Shown here one piece after another: positions 1 to 12,718 of a stretch of DNA of 64,000 nucleotides. The notes under the pieces were generated by a model. It was not told the DNA's origin, made no database searches, and saw nothing but the letters and a program-made list of their open reading frames with translations. The position numbers and the translations under genes are program-made. Source of the stretch: Alphaproteobacteria bacterium (GTDB lineage Bacteria > Pseudomonadota > Alphaproteobacteria > DSM-16000 > Inquilinaceae); assembly GCA_965227455.1 (NCBI GenBank), contig OZ245752.1:5172822-5236821 (forward strand), written 5' to 3'. Numbering within the stretch: position 1 is the first letter of the stretch; each line of letters starts with the position of its first letter.

Positions 1-761
1 ACCTGGCCTACGGCCTCTGCGTCCAGGCGGTCCGCGCCGTCGATGCCGGCATCCGGCAGGGTCCGATCATCTCGCTCGGCCCGGTGCACCCGGCACGGGA
101 CGATTCGGAGCACGAGCGGGCCGCGGAATGGGTGGACTGCCTGTGGCGGCGGGTCATGTGCGACCCGATCATGCTCGGTCGCTATCCGGAATTGCTGGCG
201 GAGGAGTTGGCGCCCTACGTGCAATCCGGTGACATGGAGCTGATCGGGGTGCGGCCGGACTATTTCGGCATGAACCACTACAACCGCATGTACGCCGCCC
301 CCGATCCCGACCGTATCTTCGGGGTCCAGGACATCCCGCCGCCGGGCGACGTGCCGATCACCGAAATGCAGTGGCAGATCGACCCGAGCGCGATGGTCGA
401 GCAGTTTGACGATCTGAAAGAGCGCTACGGCGAGATGCCGCCGATCTACATCACCGAGAACGGTGCGGCCTTTGACGATGTGGTCGGCCGGGACGGGCAG
501 GTCGATGACCGCAACCGGGTCGATTTCTTCAGCGGCTACATCAGCGCCCTGCTGGACGGCCTCGAGCGCGGCCACGATGTGCGCGGCTATTTCATCTGGT
601 CGCTGATGGACAATTTCGAATGGGCCGAGGGCTACGCCAAGAAATTCGGCATCGTGCACGTCGACTTCGACACCCTGAAGCGCACGCCCAAGGCGTCGTT
701 CCACCATCTCAGCCGGATCATCGGCGAGAACGGGCTGGCCGAGTTCGAGCCGGCGCGCTGA
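1..761 (+). CDS. Glycoside hydrolase family 1 beta-glucosidase, C-terminal part (5-prime end lies outside the window; in-frame from position 3)
   Basis: The translation contains the GH1 catalytic-nucleophile motif YITENGAAFDD and C-terminal GH1-like sequence FIWSLMDNFEWAEGY. The frame is open back to the window edge. Confidence 0.85.
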   Translation, partial: LAYGLCVQAVRAVDAGIRQGPIISLGPVHPARDDSEHERAAEWVDCLWRRVMCDPIMLGRYPELLAEELAPYVQSGDMELIGVRPDYFGMNHYNRMYAAPDPDRIFGVQDIPPPGDVPITEMQWQIDPSAMVEQFDDLKERYGEMPPIYITENGAAFDDVVGRDGQVDDRNRVDFFSGYISALLDGLERGHDVRGYFIWSLMDNFEWAEGYAKKFGIVHVDFDTLKRTPKASFHHLSRIIGENGLAEFEPAR

Positions 762-771
762 CGTCCGACCG

Positions 772-1776
772 ATGGGACGCGCCACCCTCAAAACCCTGGC
801 CCGGCATCTGGATTTGTCGGTCACGACGGTTTCGCGCGCCCTGAAGGACGGGCCGGAGGTGCGCCCGGACACGGTGGCGCGGGTGAAGGAGGCGGCGGAC
901 GCGCTGGGCTACGTGCCGCATCTGAGCGGCCTCAAGCTGCGCACCGGCCGCACCTTCACGATCTACTCGATGCTGGCGGCGCCGCGGGCGGACGAGGTCG
1001 GGGATGCCGGCTCGGTGGCGCTGATGCAGGGCATCCACGAGGTGCTCGAAGGCACGCCCTACAGCCTGACCGCGATCCCCATCGTGCCGGGCATGGACCG
1101 GCTGGAGACGTTGCGGCGGGTGGTCGACGCCGGCCTGGCCGATGGCATCACCTTCGACCTCACCCTGCCCCAGGACGAGCGGGTGAAATTCCTCCTCGAA
1201 CGCGACGTGCCCTTCGTGACCTTCGGCCGCACCGAGCTGTTCACGCCGCACGCCTATTTCGACGTGGACAATGAGGACGCGGCCTATCAGGCGACGGCCC
1301 TGCTGCTGCGCAAGGGCCATCGTCGCATCGCCCTGATCGACCGCAGCCTGGATTACCTCTACACCCGCCAGCGGCTTGCCGGGTATCGCCGTGCCCATGC
1401 CGAGGCCGGTCTGTCGCCGGACCCGGTGCTGGCCACCCATGGCGACCATGGCGCGGCCGGCAGCCGCGAGGGCACTCTGCATATGAGCCGGCTGCCCGAA
1501 CCGCCGACCGGTTTCGTGTGCATCAACGAGGTGGCGACGCTGGGCGTGCTGGCCGGGCTGCGCGACGCCGGCCGCGGACCGGATGCCGGCTACGACATTG
1601 TCAGCCGCGACGGCACCCTGCTGACCGCGTATCTCAACCCGCCGATCAGCTCGTGCTTCTTCTCCCTGCACGCCGCCGGCCGAAAGCTGGCCGAATTCCT
1701 CCTTCGCCGCATCGATGGCGAGCCGGCGGAGGCGCTTCAGGAGGTCGTGCCGACGGAGCTGATCGAGCGCGGCTGA
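772..1776 (+). CDS. LacI-family transcriptional regulator
   Basis: N-terminal HTH (TLKTLARHLDLSVTTVSRALKDG) followed by a periplasmic-binding-protein-like sugar-binding core of typical length. Confidence 0.85.
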   Translation: MGRATLKTLARHLDLSVTTVSRALKDGPEVRPDTVARVKEAADALGYVPHLSGLKLRTGRTFTIYSMLAAPRADEVGDAGSVALMQGIHEVLEGTPYSLTAIPIVPGMDRLETLRRVVDAGLADGITFDLTLPQDERVKFLLERDVPFVTFGRTELFTPHAYFDVDNEDAAYQATALLLRKGHRRIALIDRSLDYLYTRQRLAGYRRAHAEAGLSPDPVLATHGDHGAAGSREGTLHMSRLPEPPTGFVCINEVATLGVLAGLRDAGRGPDAGYDIVSRDGTLLTAYLNPPISSCFFSLHAAGRKLAEFLLRRIDGEPAEALQEVVPTELIERG

Positions 1777-1779
1777 CCG

Positions 1780-1983
1780 TCAGCTCTGAAGGCTCTTCAG
1801 CACGAAGATCCGGATGGCGCTGGACAGATTGCCGGTGCGTTCGGCGTCGATTCCCGCGATCAGCTGGTTCAGGGACGCGCCCTGGCGGGCGGCGATGCCC
1901 TTCAGGGCCTCCCAGAATTCCGGTTCTAAGGAGACGCTGGTGCGGTGACCGGCAACCAGCACGGAGCGTTTCTCAACGGCCAT
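1780..1983 (-). CDS. Small ribbon-helix-helix-like protein (conserved 67-aa hypothetical)
   Basis: Short ORF whose sequence (SVSLEPEFWEALKGIAARQGASLNQLI) is typical of RHH/CopG-like small proteins. It is tightly packed between flanking genes. Confidence 0.45.
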   Translation of the reverse strand: MAVEKRSVLVAGHRTSVSLEPEFWEALKGIAARQGASLNQLIAGIDAERTGNLSSAIRIFVLKSLQS

Positions 1984-2013
1984 TTTAGATGTCCATGGGC
2001 ATGGCGGTTGCGA

Positions 2014-3009
2014 TCAGGAGGGTTGCAGGATGATCTTGGGTGCCGCGCGGCCGGCATCCAGGTCGTGGAACGCGGCGGCGCCGTCCGATAGCGGCCGCCG
2101 GTCGATCCAGTCGAGCGCGCCGAGGCCGCCGGTGTGCAGGGCGTGCAGCGTCGCCCGCAGGTCGACCATGGTGTAGGTGTAGGTGCCGATGAAGGTGATC
2201 TCGGACAGGGTCATCTTGCGCACGTCCAGCTCGCCGGCGCTGTCCAGCAATCCGATATGCATCACCACGCCCCCGGGGCGCACCGCCGCCACGGCGGCTT
2301 TCCGGGTCGCGGCGGTGCCGACGGCATCGACCACCACATCGATGGTGTCGGCGGCGGGCGGGCCCGAGGCGGCAAGAGGGTCGTAGACCTTGGCCACGCC
2401 GATCGCCTCGGCCGTCTTGCGGCGCAGCGGATTGGTGTCGCCGAGCATGATGTCGGTGCAGCCCTGCCGCCAGAGGCACAGCGCGGCGAACAGGCCGATC
2501 GAGCCGCCGCCCAGGACCAGCGCCCGGGATTCGCTCAAGGGGCGGTGCGCCGCCCGGGCCGCCAGGTTGACCGCATGCAGCGAGGTGGCTGCCGGCTCGG
2601 TCAGGGCCGCCAGGGCCGGGTCCATGCCGTCGGGCATCGGGATCAGATTGGCCTCGGGGATGGCGACACGTTCGGCGAAGGCGCCGGGAATCGCCATGCC
2701 GATCAATTGCCGCTTGCTGCAAAGGTTGGAGCGGCCACCGAGGCAGTCGTCGCAACGGCCGCAGCTGATCAGCGGGTTGATCACCACCCGACGGCCGGCA
2801 CCGGACCCGGACTCGACCACGCCGGAGGCCTCATGGCCCAGGATCAGCGGCGGCACCCGGCGCGGGTCCTTGCCGTGGAAGGCATGCATATCCGAACCGC
2901 AGATGCCGACCGAGTCGATGCGCACCACGACGTCCCCCGGCCCGGGTTCGGGCTCGGGCTCGTCGCGGTAGGTGACCTCTTCGGGAGCCGTGTAGACCAG
3001 CGCTTTCAT
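2014..3009 (-). CDS. Zinc-dependent alcohol/polyol dehydrogenase (MDR family)
   Basis: GHEASGVV and GICGSDMH zinc-ligand motifs and a Rossmann GGGSIG motif; 331 aa. Confidence 0.85.
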   Translation of the reverse strand: MKALVYTAPEEVTYRDEPEPEPGPGDVVVRIDSVGICGSDMHAFHGKDPRRVPPLILGHEASGVVESGSGAGRRVVINPLISCGRCDDCLGGRSNLCSKRQLIGMAIPGAFAERVAIPEANLIPMPDGMDPALAALTEPAATSLHAVNLAARAAHRPLSESRALVLGGGSIGLFAALCLWRQGCTDIMLGDTNPLRRKTAEAIGVAKVYDPLAASGPPAADTIDVVVDAVGTAATRKAAVAAVRPGGVVMHIGLLDSAGELDVRKMTLSEITFIGTYTYTMVDLRATLHALHTGGLGALDWIDRRPLSDGAAAFHDLDAGRAAPKIILQPS

Positions 3010-3027
3010 GGGTTTTCAGCTCTCGTC

Positions 3028-3789
3028 CTATTTGGCGGTGAAGCCGCCATCCACATAGAGGATCTGGCCGGTAATGTAGTCCGAGGCCGGCGCGGCCAGG
3101 AAAATCGCCACCCCGTGCAGGTCCTCCAGCCGGCCGTTGCGCCCGATCGCGGTCTGGCGGGCGTTGCGCTCCACCATTTCGGCGTTTTCGAACACCGCCG
3201 CCGTCAGTTCGGTCGGGAAGAAGCCAGGGGCGACGGCATTGCAGGTAATGCCGTCCGGGGACCACGCCTCGGCCATGGCCCGGGTCAGCTGCGCTACACC
3301 GCCCTTCGACGTGCCATAGGGCATGGAGTTCGGGAAGGCCCGTTCCGACTGCAGCGAGGCGATGTTGATGATGCGGCCGGCCCCCTTCTCGCGCATGGCC
3401 GGCACCAGGGCGCGTGCCAGGAAGAATGGCGTCGAGAGGTTCAGCGACAGGGTCCGGTCCCAGCTTTCCGGCGTGACCGCCGCCGCCGGCTCGCGCGGAT
3501 TGATCCCGGCGGCGTTCACCAGGATGTCCGGAGCGCCGAACGGCTCCGCCATCGCCGCCGCGACCCGATCCAGACGATGATGGTCGGAAAGATCGCCGGC
3601 CACCGCGGCGGCCTTGCCACCGGCCTCCTCGATCTCCCGAACCGTCTCGGCCAAGGCCGCCTCGCGTCTCGCAACGCAGACAACCGAGGCCCCGGCCCCG
3701 GCCAGGGCCTTGGCGATGGCCTGGCCGATGCCGGAACTGGCGCCGGTGACAGCGGCGACGCGCCCGTCGAGATCGAAGAGGTGCCGCAC
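3028..3789 (-). CDS. SDR-family short-chain dehydrogenase/reductase
   Basis: TGASSGIG cofactor motif and catalytic YGTSK motif; 253 aa. Confidence 0.85.
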   Translation of the reverse strand: MRHLFDLDGRVAAVTGASSGIGQAIAKALAGAGASVVCVARREAALAETVREIEEAGGKAAAVAGDLSDHHRLDRVAAAMAEPFGAPDILVNAAGINPREPAAAVTPESWDRTLSLNLSTPFFLARALVPAMREKGAGRIINIASLQSERAFPNSMPYGTSKGGVAQLTRAMAEAWSPDGITCNAVAPGFFPTELTAAVFENAEMVERNARQTAIGRNGRLEDLHGVAIFLAAPASDYITGQILYVDGGFTAK

Positions 3790-3795
3790 CCGCGC

Positions 3796-6457
<2,662 letters not shown>

Positions 6458-6472
6458 GGTCGTGACCTCCAG

Positions 6473-6988
6473 CTAGTCGAACAGCTTGGCGCCTTCGAAC
6501 ACCGGGCGGCCGGCGCGGAAATCGCTCCAGTCGCGCAGGATCGACTGCACCAGGCGGAACACCATCATCGCGAATCCGATCGGCACCGCCGCCAGGAACC
6601 AGGCATTGCTGATCCTGAGCCCATGGGTCACCGAGCCGAACTTGATCGAGGTCAGGATCGGCTCCAGCGACCAGTACAAGGCGATCACCGCCAGGGTCAG
6701 GGTGGCGAAATCGCCGAACAGGTAGATGGCGGCTTTCGTCTTCGGCCCCAGATAGTGGAGGATCACGTCGATGCGGATATGGGCGCGTTCGCGGATTGCC
6801 GAGGATGCGCCGATCCAGGCCAGGTAGATGAAGGCGTAGCGGGCGATCTCCTCGCCCCAGATCGAAGAATAGCTGAGGACAAAGCGGCGGATCACCTCGG
6901 TCGAGATGGTCGCCACGATCATGGCGTAGAGGATCAGCAGCAGCCAGCGCTCGCCGTCCTGATCGATTTTCCGAAGCACTCCGCCCAT
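6473..6988 (-). CDS. dctQ: TRAP transporter small permease subunit (DctQ family)
   Basis: ~171-aa 4-TM protein immediately between the DctM and DctP genes. The start is set at the internal ATG (MGGVLRKIDQ); the upstream extension of the ORF is Arg-rich junk. Confidence 0.75.
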   Translation of the reverse strand: MGGVLRKIDQDGERWLLLILYAMIVATISTEVIRRFVLSYSSIWGEEIARYAFIYLAWIGASSAIRERAHIRIDVILHYLGPKTKAAIYLFGDFATLTLAVIALYWSLEPILTSIKFGSVTHGLRISNAWFLAAVPIGFAMMVFRLVQSILRDWSDFRAGRPVFEGAKLFD

Positions 6989-7046
6989 TGCAAGCCTCCC
7001 CGGTGGCAGGAAGGGCGGCCCCTTGGGTCCGGGGCCGCCCGCCCGA

Positions 7047-8198
7047 TCAGACGTCGTGCACGTAGAGACGGCCCTGGGTGTTGGCCGCTTCCAGCAGACG
7101 GTCGAAGGTCGCGATCGATCCGGCGAGATCGGTCTTGAACTCGTTCCATTCCGAACGCTGGTGGCCGGCCGCCGCGACCCATTCCTCCATCTCCGACGCA
7201 TTCGGTGCGTAGAACTGCACGCCGGCCGCCGACAGCTCGGCCATCGAGTAGGCGCGGGCCGCCGGAACCTTTGCCAGGTTCTGCTGCATGGTGACGTCGG
7301 AGGCGAACTCGATGCCCTCCTGCAGGTCGCCGGGCAGGCTGTTGAACCATTCCAGATTGCAGGAATAGACCTGGGAATCCGGGACCGACCGGTTGAAGGT
7401 CACCCAGGAGAGCACGTCCTTGAAGCCGAAGACGTGCAGCGCCTCGACCGAAGGGTCCAACGCATCGGCCACGCCCTGTTTGATGGCGCTCGGGGTCTCG
7501 CCCCAGGCGACCGGGGTCGGGTTGGCGCCCAGCAGGCGGTAGAACTGCTGCAGGATCTGCGAGCCGGGCACGCGGAACTTGATGCCCTGCATCTGCGCCG
7601 GGGTGCGGATCGGCCCGTCGATGCCCTGGCGCAGGGCGACCACGCGCGGGTCGATGCAGACATACCAGAGCGGCTTGAAGCCCTTGGCCTCGACCTTCGG
7701 GTTCACTTCCGCCGCCCAGGCGTCGGAGGTCACCAGGTTGATGAACTTCTGGTTCTCACCGCACCAGTACGGGATGTTGATCAAATCGACGGTCGGCGCA
7801 AACGGCGCGAAGTTGGACAGCGAGTGCTGTGCCGCCTGGATGGTGCCGCCCTGGACCTTCTGGGCCAGAGCGCCGCCGGCGCCCAGCTGCCCGCCCGGGG
7901 CCAGGCGCACATAGATCCGGCCGTTGGACATGTTCTGGATGTTCTCTTTGAAATCCAGTTGCATGATCGGATAGCTGCGCGACGCGCCCAGGATATAGGC
8001 GGTGGCGACCGTCATGATGTGTTCGGCGGCGTCCTCGCGGTCCCGCTCCTCGCGCGCGTTCTGCGCCGAGGCTTCGGTGGAGCCGAGGGTGCCGGCGGCC
8101 GCCGCGACCACGGCGGCGGTAAAGCCGTATTTGCCGGTGAGTTCGAAGAAACGCCGGCGTTCCGCGGATTGCAGCGTATCCGGATCCCGTGATGTCAT
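7047..8198 (-). CDS. dctP: TRAP transporter substrate-binding protein (DctP family) with a Tat-type signal peptide
   Basis: RRRFF twin-arginine N-terminus, DctP-family periplasmic binding protein length (383 aa), and adjacency to dctQM. Confidence 0.85.
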   Translation of the reverse strand: MTSRDPDTLQSAERRRFFELTGKYGFTAAVVAAAAGTLGSTEASAQNAREERDREDAAEHIMTVATAYILGASRSYPIMQLDFKENIQNMSNGRIYVRLAPGGQLGAGGALAQKVQGGTIQAAQHSLSNFAPFAPTVDLINIPYWCGENQKFINLVTSDAWAAEVNPKVEAKGFKPLWYVCIDPRVVALRQGIDGPIRTPAQMQGIKFRVPGSQILQQFYRLLGANPTPVAWGETPSAIKQGVADALDPSVEALHVFGFKDVLSWVTFNRSVPDSQVYSCNLEWFNSLPGDLQEGIEFASDVTMQQNLAKVPAARAYSMAELSAAGVQFYAPNASEMEEWVAAAGHQRSEWNEFKTDLAGSIATFDRLLEAANTQGRLYVHDV

Positions 8199-8240
8199 GA
8201 TTGTCCTCCCTAGGTATGGGCCGCTTGCCTGCGGCCGGAT

Positions 8241-8456
8241 TCAACGCGCGGCTTCGCGGTCCAGCGCGGCGATGACGAAACAGATGATGGCGGCCAGCAA
8301 TACGAGGAATTCGGCGACGTCGCCGGCATGGACCGGGGTGGTGGCCCCGACCAGGATCGATACCTTGCCGACAATGATGTTCAGGACGAAGAGGCCGAAG
8401 AGGACCACGGAGGCGCGGAAGGCCAGCCGGCCGATGGCTCGCGGATGTTGCGCCAT
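8241..8456 (-). CDS. Small two-TM membrane protein, putative first gene of the TRAP operon
   Basis: 71-aa hydrophobic ORF with good positioning upstream of dctP; no recognisable family. Confidence 0.35.
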   Translation of the reverse strand: MAQHPRAIGRLAFRASVVLFGLFVLNIIVGKVSILVGATTPVHAGDVAEFLVLLAAIICFVIAALDREAAR

Positions 8457-8501
8457 GGTTGCCTCTCCCCGTTTTGTCCGGCCCGTTTCGGGCCTTTGTT
8501 G

Positions 8502-8515
8502 TAAACGTTTACAAG
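8502..8515. promoter_or_regulatory. Perfect 14-bp palindrome TGTAAACGTTTACA, a candidate LacI-family operator in the divergent promoter region
   Basis: Perfect inverted repeat in the 180-bp gap between the minus-strand TRAP operon and the plus-strand LacI gene. A half-site copy (AAACGTTTACA) recurs at about 8664. Confidence 0.45.
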
Positions 8516-8635
8516 CTGAACAGGCTAAGCCAGCGGCGTATTGACGTCAAGCGGTGAACGGCCGCTGGATTGACTCTTCCGCATCCGATATGATCGAATC
8601 CACTGCGGTTTGTAAGAATTTCAGGGTACTAGCAT

Positions 8636-9694
8636 ATGTCGGCGCCTGAGCCGATTGTCAGAAAACGTTTACAGCGACGGCTGACGGATCGCCCGACCCT
8701 GCATGACGTGGCCGCCCTGGCGGGCGTATCGACGGCAACCGTATCGCGCTGCCTGAACGAGGCCGATTCGGTCCGCTCGGAACTTCGCGAGCGGGTCCAA
8801 TCGGCGATTGCAGAGCTGGGCTACACGCGGCACGGCGCCGCCCGGGCCCTGGCCAGCCAGCGCTCCCACGCCGTCGGCGCCGTGGTCCCGACGCTGGACA
8901 ACGCGATCTTCGCGACCGGCATCCAGGCCATGCAGGACCGCCTGTCGACCGCCGGCTACACGCTGCTGCTGGCGAGCTCGAATTACGATGTGGCCGAGGA
9001 GCTCAACCAGGCCCGAAGCCTGATCGAACGCGGACTGGACGGCCTCATGCTGATCGGCGAGGCGCGGCCGCCCGGCCTCTACGACCTGCTTGACCGCAAG
9101 GCAATCCCCTACGTCAACACCTGGACCTACCGGCCGGACAGCCGCCATCCGTCGATCGGCTTCGACAACCGCGGCTCGGCCTATCGCATCGCGTCCTATC
9201 TCATGGATATGGGGCACACGCGCATCGCCATGATTGCCGGACTGAGCGCCGGCAACGACCGCGCGGCCGAACGGCTCGACGGGGTCAGGGAGGCGTTGGC
9301 GGAGCGGGGGCTGGCATTCGGCGACGGCCTAGTGATCGAGAGCGCCTACGCCATCAGCGAGGGGCGCCAGGCGCTGCGGCGCCTGATGGCGGCGGATCCA
9401 CGCCCTACGGCGGTCATCTGCGGCAACGACGTGCTGGCTTATGGGGCGTTGTTCGAATGCCATGCGCTCGGCATCGCCGTGCCGGACGCGGTATCGATCA
9501 CCGGCTTCGACGACCTCGAACTGGCGGCGGAGCTGACCCCGGCGCTGACCACCATGCATGTCCCGTCGGACGCCATGGGCCGGCTGGCGGCGGAATACCT
9601 GCTGCACCGGATCGACGGCCAGCCGGCGCCGGACGCCACCCGTCTCGACGTCGACCTGATCATCCGGGGCTCCACCGGCCCGCCGCCGCGCTAG
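8636..9694 (+). CDS. LacI-family transcriptional regulator
   Basis: HTH (TLHDVAALAGVSTATVSRCLN) plus a sugar-binding domain; 352 aa. Confidence 0.85.
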   Translation: MSAPEPIVRKRLQRRLTDRPTLHDVAALAGVSTATVSRCLNEADSVRSELRERVQSAIAELGYTRHGAARALASQRSHAVGAVVPTLDNAIFATGIQAMQDRLSTAGYTLLLASSNYDVAEELNQARSLIERGLDGLMLIGEARPPGLYDLLDRKAIPYVNTWTYRPDSRHPSIGFDNRGSAYRIASYLMDMGHTRIAMIAGLSAGNDRAAERLDGVREALAERGLAFGDGLVIESAYAISEGRQALRRLMAADPRPTAVICGNDVLAYGALFECHALGIAVPDAVSITGFDDLELAAELTPALTTMHVPSDAMGRLAAEYLLHRIDGQPAPDATRLDVDLIIRGSTGPPPR

Positions 9695-9706
9695 CGGGGG
9701 AGCGGG

Positions 9707-10204
9707 TCAGCCAAGCCGGTCCAGAAGGGAAAACAGCGACGCCTTTTGTCGTTCGGACAGGTGGCGGGATATCCGCCGGTCATGATCGGTCACCAGGGTC
9801 TTGAGACGGTCCAGGGTCCGCGCGCCGGCATCGGTCAGAAAGATTCCGTTGGACCGCCGATCGCCTGGCGGCCGCCGGCGTTCAACGAAACCCATGGCCT
9901 CCAGGCGGTCGATCTTCGCCATGGCGCCGGAACGGGCGATGCCCATGATCTGCCCAAGTACGGTCTGCTTCAGACCCGGATTGGCGCCGATGATCACCAG
10001 CGCGGCAAACAGCGGCGGCGTGATGCCGGTGCCGGCCATGGTCCGATCGAAATCCTCATAAATCGAGATCTGCGCCCGACGCACCGCATAGCCGACCAGA
10101 CCGTCGAGGACGTCGTAGTCGACGCCGGGCCTGTGGGCGTCGAAGCGTTCGCCGTCCCACGCGTCAGCATGCTGGTCGTCCGGCCTCGGTTTCGGAGCGC
10201 TCAT
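9707..10204 (-). CDS. MarR-family transcriptional regulator
   Basis: Winged-helix MarR core (LFAALVIIGANPGLKQTVLGQIMGIARSGAMAKIDRLEAMGFVERRRPPGDRR). The start is placed at the internal ATG (MSAPKP). Confidence 0.8.
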   Translation of the reverse strand: MSAPKPRPDDQHADAWDGERFDAHRPGVDYDVLDGLVGYAVRRAQISIYEDFDRTMAGTGITPPLFAALVIIGANPGLKQTVLGQIMGIARSGAMAKIDRLEAMGFVERRRPPGDRRSNGIFLTDAGARTLDRLKTLVTDHDRRISRHLSERQKASLFSLLDRLG

Positions 10205-10273
10205 CGGCAGGCATCTCAATGGTCGTCTTCGTGCTACTGCAACACTAGACAATCGGCACGGGGAGAGGAACTC

Positions 10274-10306
10274 ATCATAACTGTAATGATAGATAACAGT
10301 TATGAT
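10274..10306. promoter_or_regulatory. AT-rich 11-bp perfect inverted repeat (ATCATAACTGT-n11-ACAGTTATGAT), a candidate MarR operator
   Basis: It lies in the divergent intergenic region between the MarR gene and the TRAP binding-protein gene. Confidence 0.4.
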
Positions 10307-10386
10307 TGCGGACATTAGGCCGGACCGGCATACTGCCGGCTGAACGACAAAGGCGGGCAAACCCGCACCAAATCAGGGAGACGACC

Positions 10387-11424
10387 ATGCGCCTCATACG
10401 GATGTTCCTGTGCTGCCTTGCCCTTGGCGGCGTATTTGTTCCCGGCATCGGCCAGGCCCAGGAGGTGATCCTGCGGCTGCATCATTTCCTGCCGCCCATG
10501 GCGCCAGCCCATGCCGACTACCTCCAGCCCTGGGCCGAACGGGTCGGCGAACAGTCCGGCGGCCGGATCGAGGTCCAGATCTACCCGGCCATGCAGCTCG
10601 GCGGCGGGCCGCCGGCCCTGTTCGACCAGGCCCGCGAGGGGGTGGTCGATCTGGTCTGGACGCTGACCGGCTACACCCCCGACCGGTTCCCGAAATCCGA
10701 GGTCTTCGACCTGCCCTTCCTGCCGGTCTCGGCGGAGGCCACAAGCCAGGCCGCCTACGAGTTCTACCAGTCGCACCTGCTCGACGAATTCGAGGACGTG
10801 CACGTCCTCATGGTCCACACCCACGGTCCGGGCCTGCTGCACGTGAAGGGGGACGGCATCCGCACCCTCGACGATCTGGAGGGCCTGCGGCTGCGCGGGC
10901 CGACGCGGATGACCACGCGGCTGTTGCAGGCGCTGGGCGCCTCGCCGGTCGGAATGCCGGTGCCGCAGGTTCCGGAGGCGCTGTCGCGCGGCGTGATCGA
11001 CGGCACCATCCTGCCCTGGGAGGTGACGCGGCCGTTGCGGGTGGCGGAGCTGGTCGACAGCCACACCAACTTCTCCGGCGATCGCGGCCTCTACACCACG
11101 CTGTTCGTCTTCGCCATGAACAAGGCCGCCTATGACGGCTTGCCCGGCGATCTGCGGGCGGTGATCGATGCCAATTCCGGCATTGCCGAAGCCCGCGAAA
11201 TGGGCCGGGTGATGGATGCGGCCGACGCGCCCGCATATGACCTCGCGGAGTCTCGCGGCAACGCGCTGATCGTGCTCGACGAGGCGGAAACGGTCCGCTG
11301 GCGGGAGGCGTCCGAAGCGGTCGTCGCCGCCTGGACCGCCGAGATGGATGAGCGTGGTCTAGATGGCGAAGGGCTGGTGCGGGACGCCGTGGCCCTGGTT
11401 GAAAAATACGCCGATGCGCCATAG
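10387..11424 (+). CDS. TRAP-type solute-binding protein (DctP family), orphan
   Basis: Signal peptide (MRLIRMFLCCLALGGVFVPGIGQA) and DctP-family sequence. No adjacent permease genes. Confidence 0.8.
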   Translation: MRLIRMFLCCLALGGVFVPGIGQAQEVILRLHHFLPPMAPAHADYLQPWAERVGEQSGGRIEVQIYPAMQLGGGPPALFDQAREGVVDLVWTLTGYTPDRFPKSEVFDLPFLPVSAEATSQAAYEFYQSHLLDEFEDVHVLMVHTHGPGLLHVKGDGIRTLDDLEGLRLRGPTRMTTRLLQALGASPVGMPVPQVPEALSRGVIDGTILPWEVTRPLRVAELVDSHTNFSGDRGLYTTLFVFAMNKAAYDGLPGDLRAVIDANSGIAEAREMGRVMDAADAPAYDLAESRGNALIVLDEAETVRWREASEAVVAAWTAEMDERGLDGEGLVRDAVALVEKYADAP

Positions 11425-11452
11425 CGCCGGCGTCGGCAGCGGAGGCCGGCCT

Positions 11453-12718
11453 ATGGAGGTGATGATCATCGGCGGCGGCATCGGCGGGCTGTCCACCGCG
11501 CTCAGCCTGCATGCCGCCGGAATCCCGGTCCGGGTCTTCGAATCGGTGCCCGAGATCAAGCCGCTCGGCGTCGGCATCAACATGCTGCCCCATGCGGTCC
11601 GCGAGCTCACCGAACTCGGCCTCCAGGACGCCCTTGCCGAGACAGCCATCGCCACCGGCTCGCTGACCTATTTCAGCAAGCTTGGCCAGCGTATCTGGCA
11701 GGAGCCACGCGGCCTGGCGGCCGGCTACCACTGGCCGCAATTTTCCATCCATCGCGGCGCCTTGCAGATGATCCTGCTTGAGGCCGTGAAGGCCCGGCTG
11801 GGCGCCGACCGGATCGTCACCGGCCAGCATCTGGCGCGGTTCGAGCAGGATCGGGATGGGGTCACCGCCTGGTTTGTCGGGCCGGGCAGCGACGAACCGA
11901 GCCATTCCTACCGCGCCGAGGTGATGGTGGCCGCCGACGGCATCCACTCGACGGTCCGCCGGCACTACCATCCCGACGAGGGCCTGCCGAAATGGAACGG
12001 CGCTATCCTGTGGCGGGCGACGACGGAGGCGGAACCGTTCCTGGACGGCGCCTCGATGATCATGGCCGGACATCAGGCGCAGAAATTCGTTGCCTATCCG
12101 ATCAGCCGGTCGGCGGCCGACCGGGGCCGGTCGCTGGTCAACTGGATCGCCGAGCTGCGCTTCGACGACCGCGACCTGCTGCGGCGCGAGGATTGGAACC
12201 GGCCAGGCCGGCTGGAAGACTTCCTTCCCGCCTTCGAGTCCTGGCGGTTCGACTGGCTGGATGTGCCGGCGCTGATCCGTGGCGCCGAAGCGGTCTATGA
12301 GTTTCCCATGGTCGACCGCGACCCGCTGGAGCGCTGGAGCGACGGCCGGATCACGCTGCTCGGCGACGCCGCCCATCCGATGTATCCGATCGGCTCCAAC
12401 GGCGCGTCCCAGGCCATTCTCGACGCACGGGTCCTTGCCCACGCCCTGGCGACCACCCCTGACCCGGTCGAGGCGCTGCGGTCCTACGACGAAGCCCGCC
12501 GGCCGGCCACCGCGCAAATCGTCCTGGCCAATCGCGGCAACGGCCCCGAACAGGTGATGCAGATCGTCGAGGACCGTGCACCGGACGGCTTCGACTCCCT
12601 GGACGACGTGATCACCGCCGAGGAACTGGAGGCGGTGGCGCAGGCCTACAAGCAGGTCGCCGGCTTCAGCCGCGACGACCTCAACACGCGGCCGTCACTT
12701 GGGGTGTCCGCGCACTAG
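11453..12718 (+). CDS. FAD-dependent aromatic-ring monooxygenase (salicylate / 3-hydroxybenzoate hydroxylase-like)
   Basis: N-terminal FAD-binding GxGxxG ([13 protein letters not shown]) and a C-terminal GD motif ([11 protein letters not shown]) typical of group A flavin monooxygenases. Confidence 0.8.
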   Translation: MEVMIIGGGIGGLSTALSLHAAGIPVRVFESVPEIKPLGVGINMLPHAVRELTELGLQDALAETAIATGSLTYFSKLGQRIWQEPRGLAAGYHWPQFSIHRGALQMILLEAVKARLGADRIVTGQHLARFEQDRDGVTAWFVGPGSDEPSHSYRAEVMVAADGIHSTVRRHYHPDEGLPKWNGAILWRATTEAEPFLDGASMIMAGHQAQKFVAYPISRSAADRGRSLVNWIAELRFDDRDLLRREDWNRPGRLEDFLPAFESWRFDWLDVPALIRGAEAVYEFPMVDRDPLERWSDGRITLLGDAAHPMYPIGSNGASQAILDARVLAHALATTPDPVEALRSYDEARRPATAQIVLANRGNGPEQVMQIVEDRAPDGFDSLDDVITAEELEAVAQAYKQVAGFSRDDLNTRPSLGVSAH

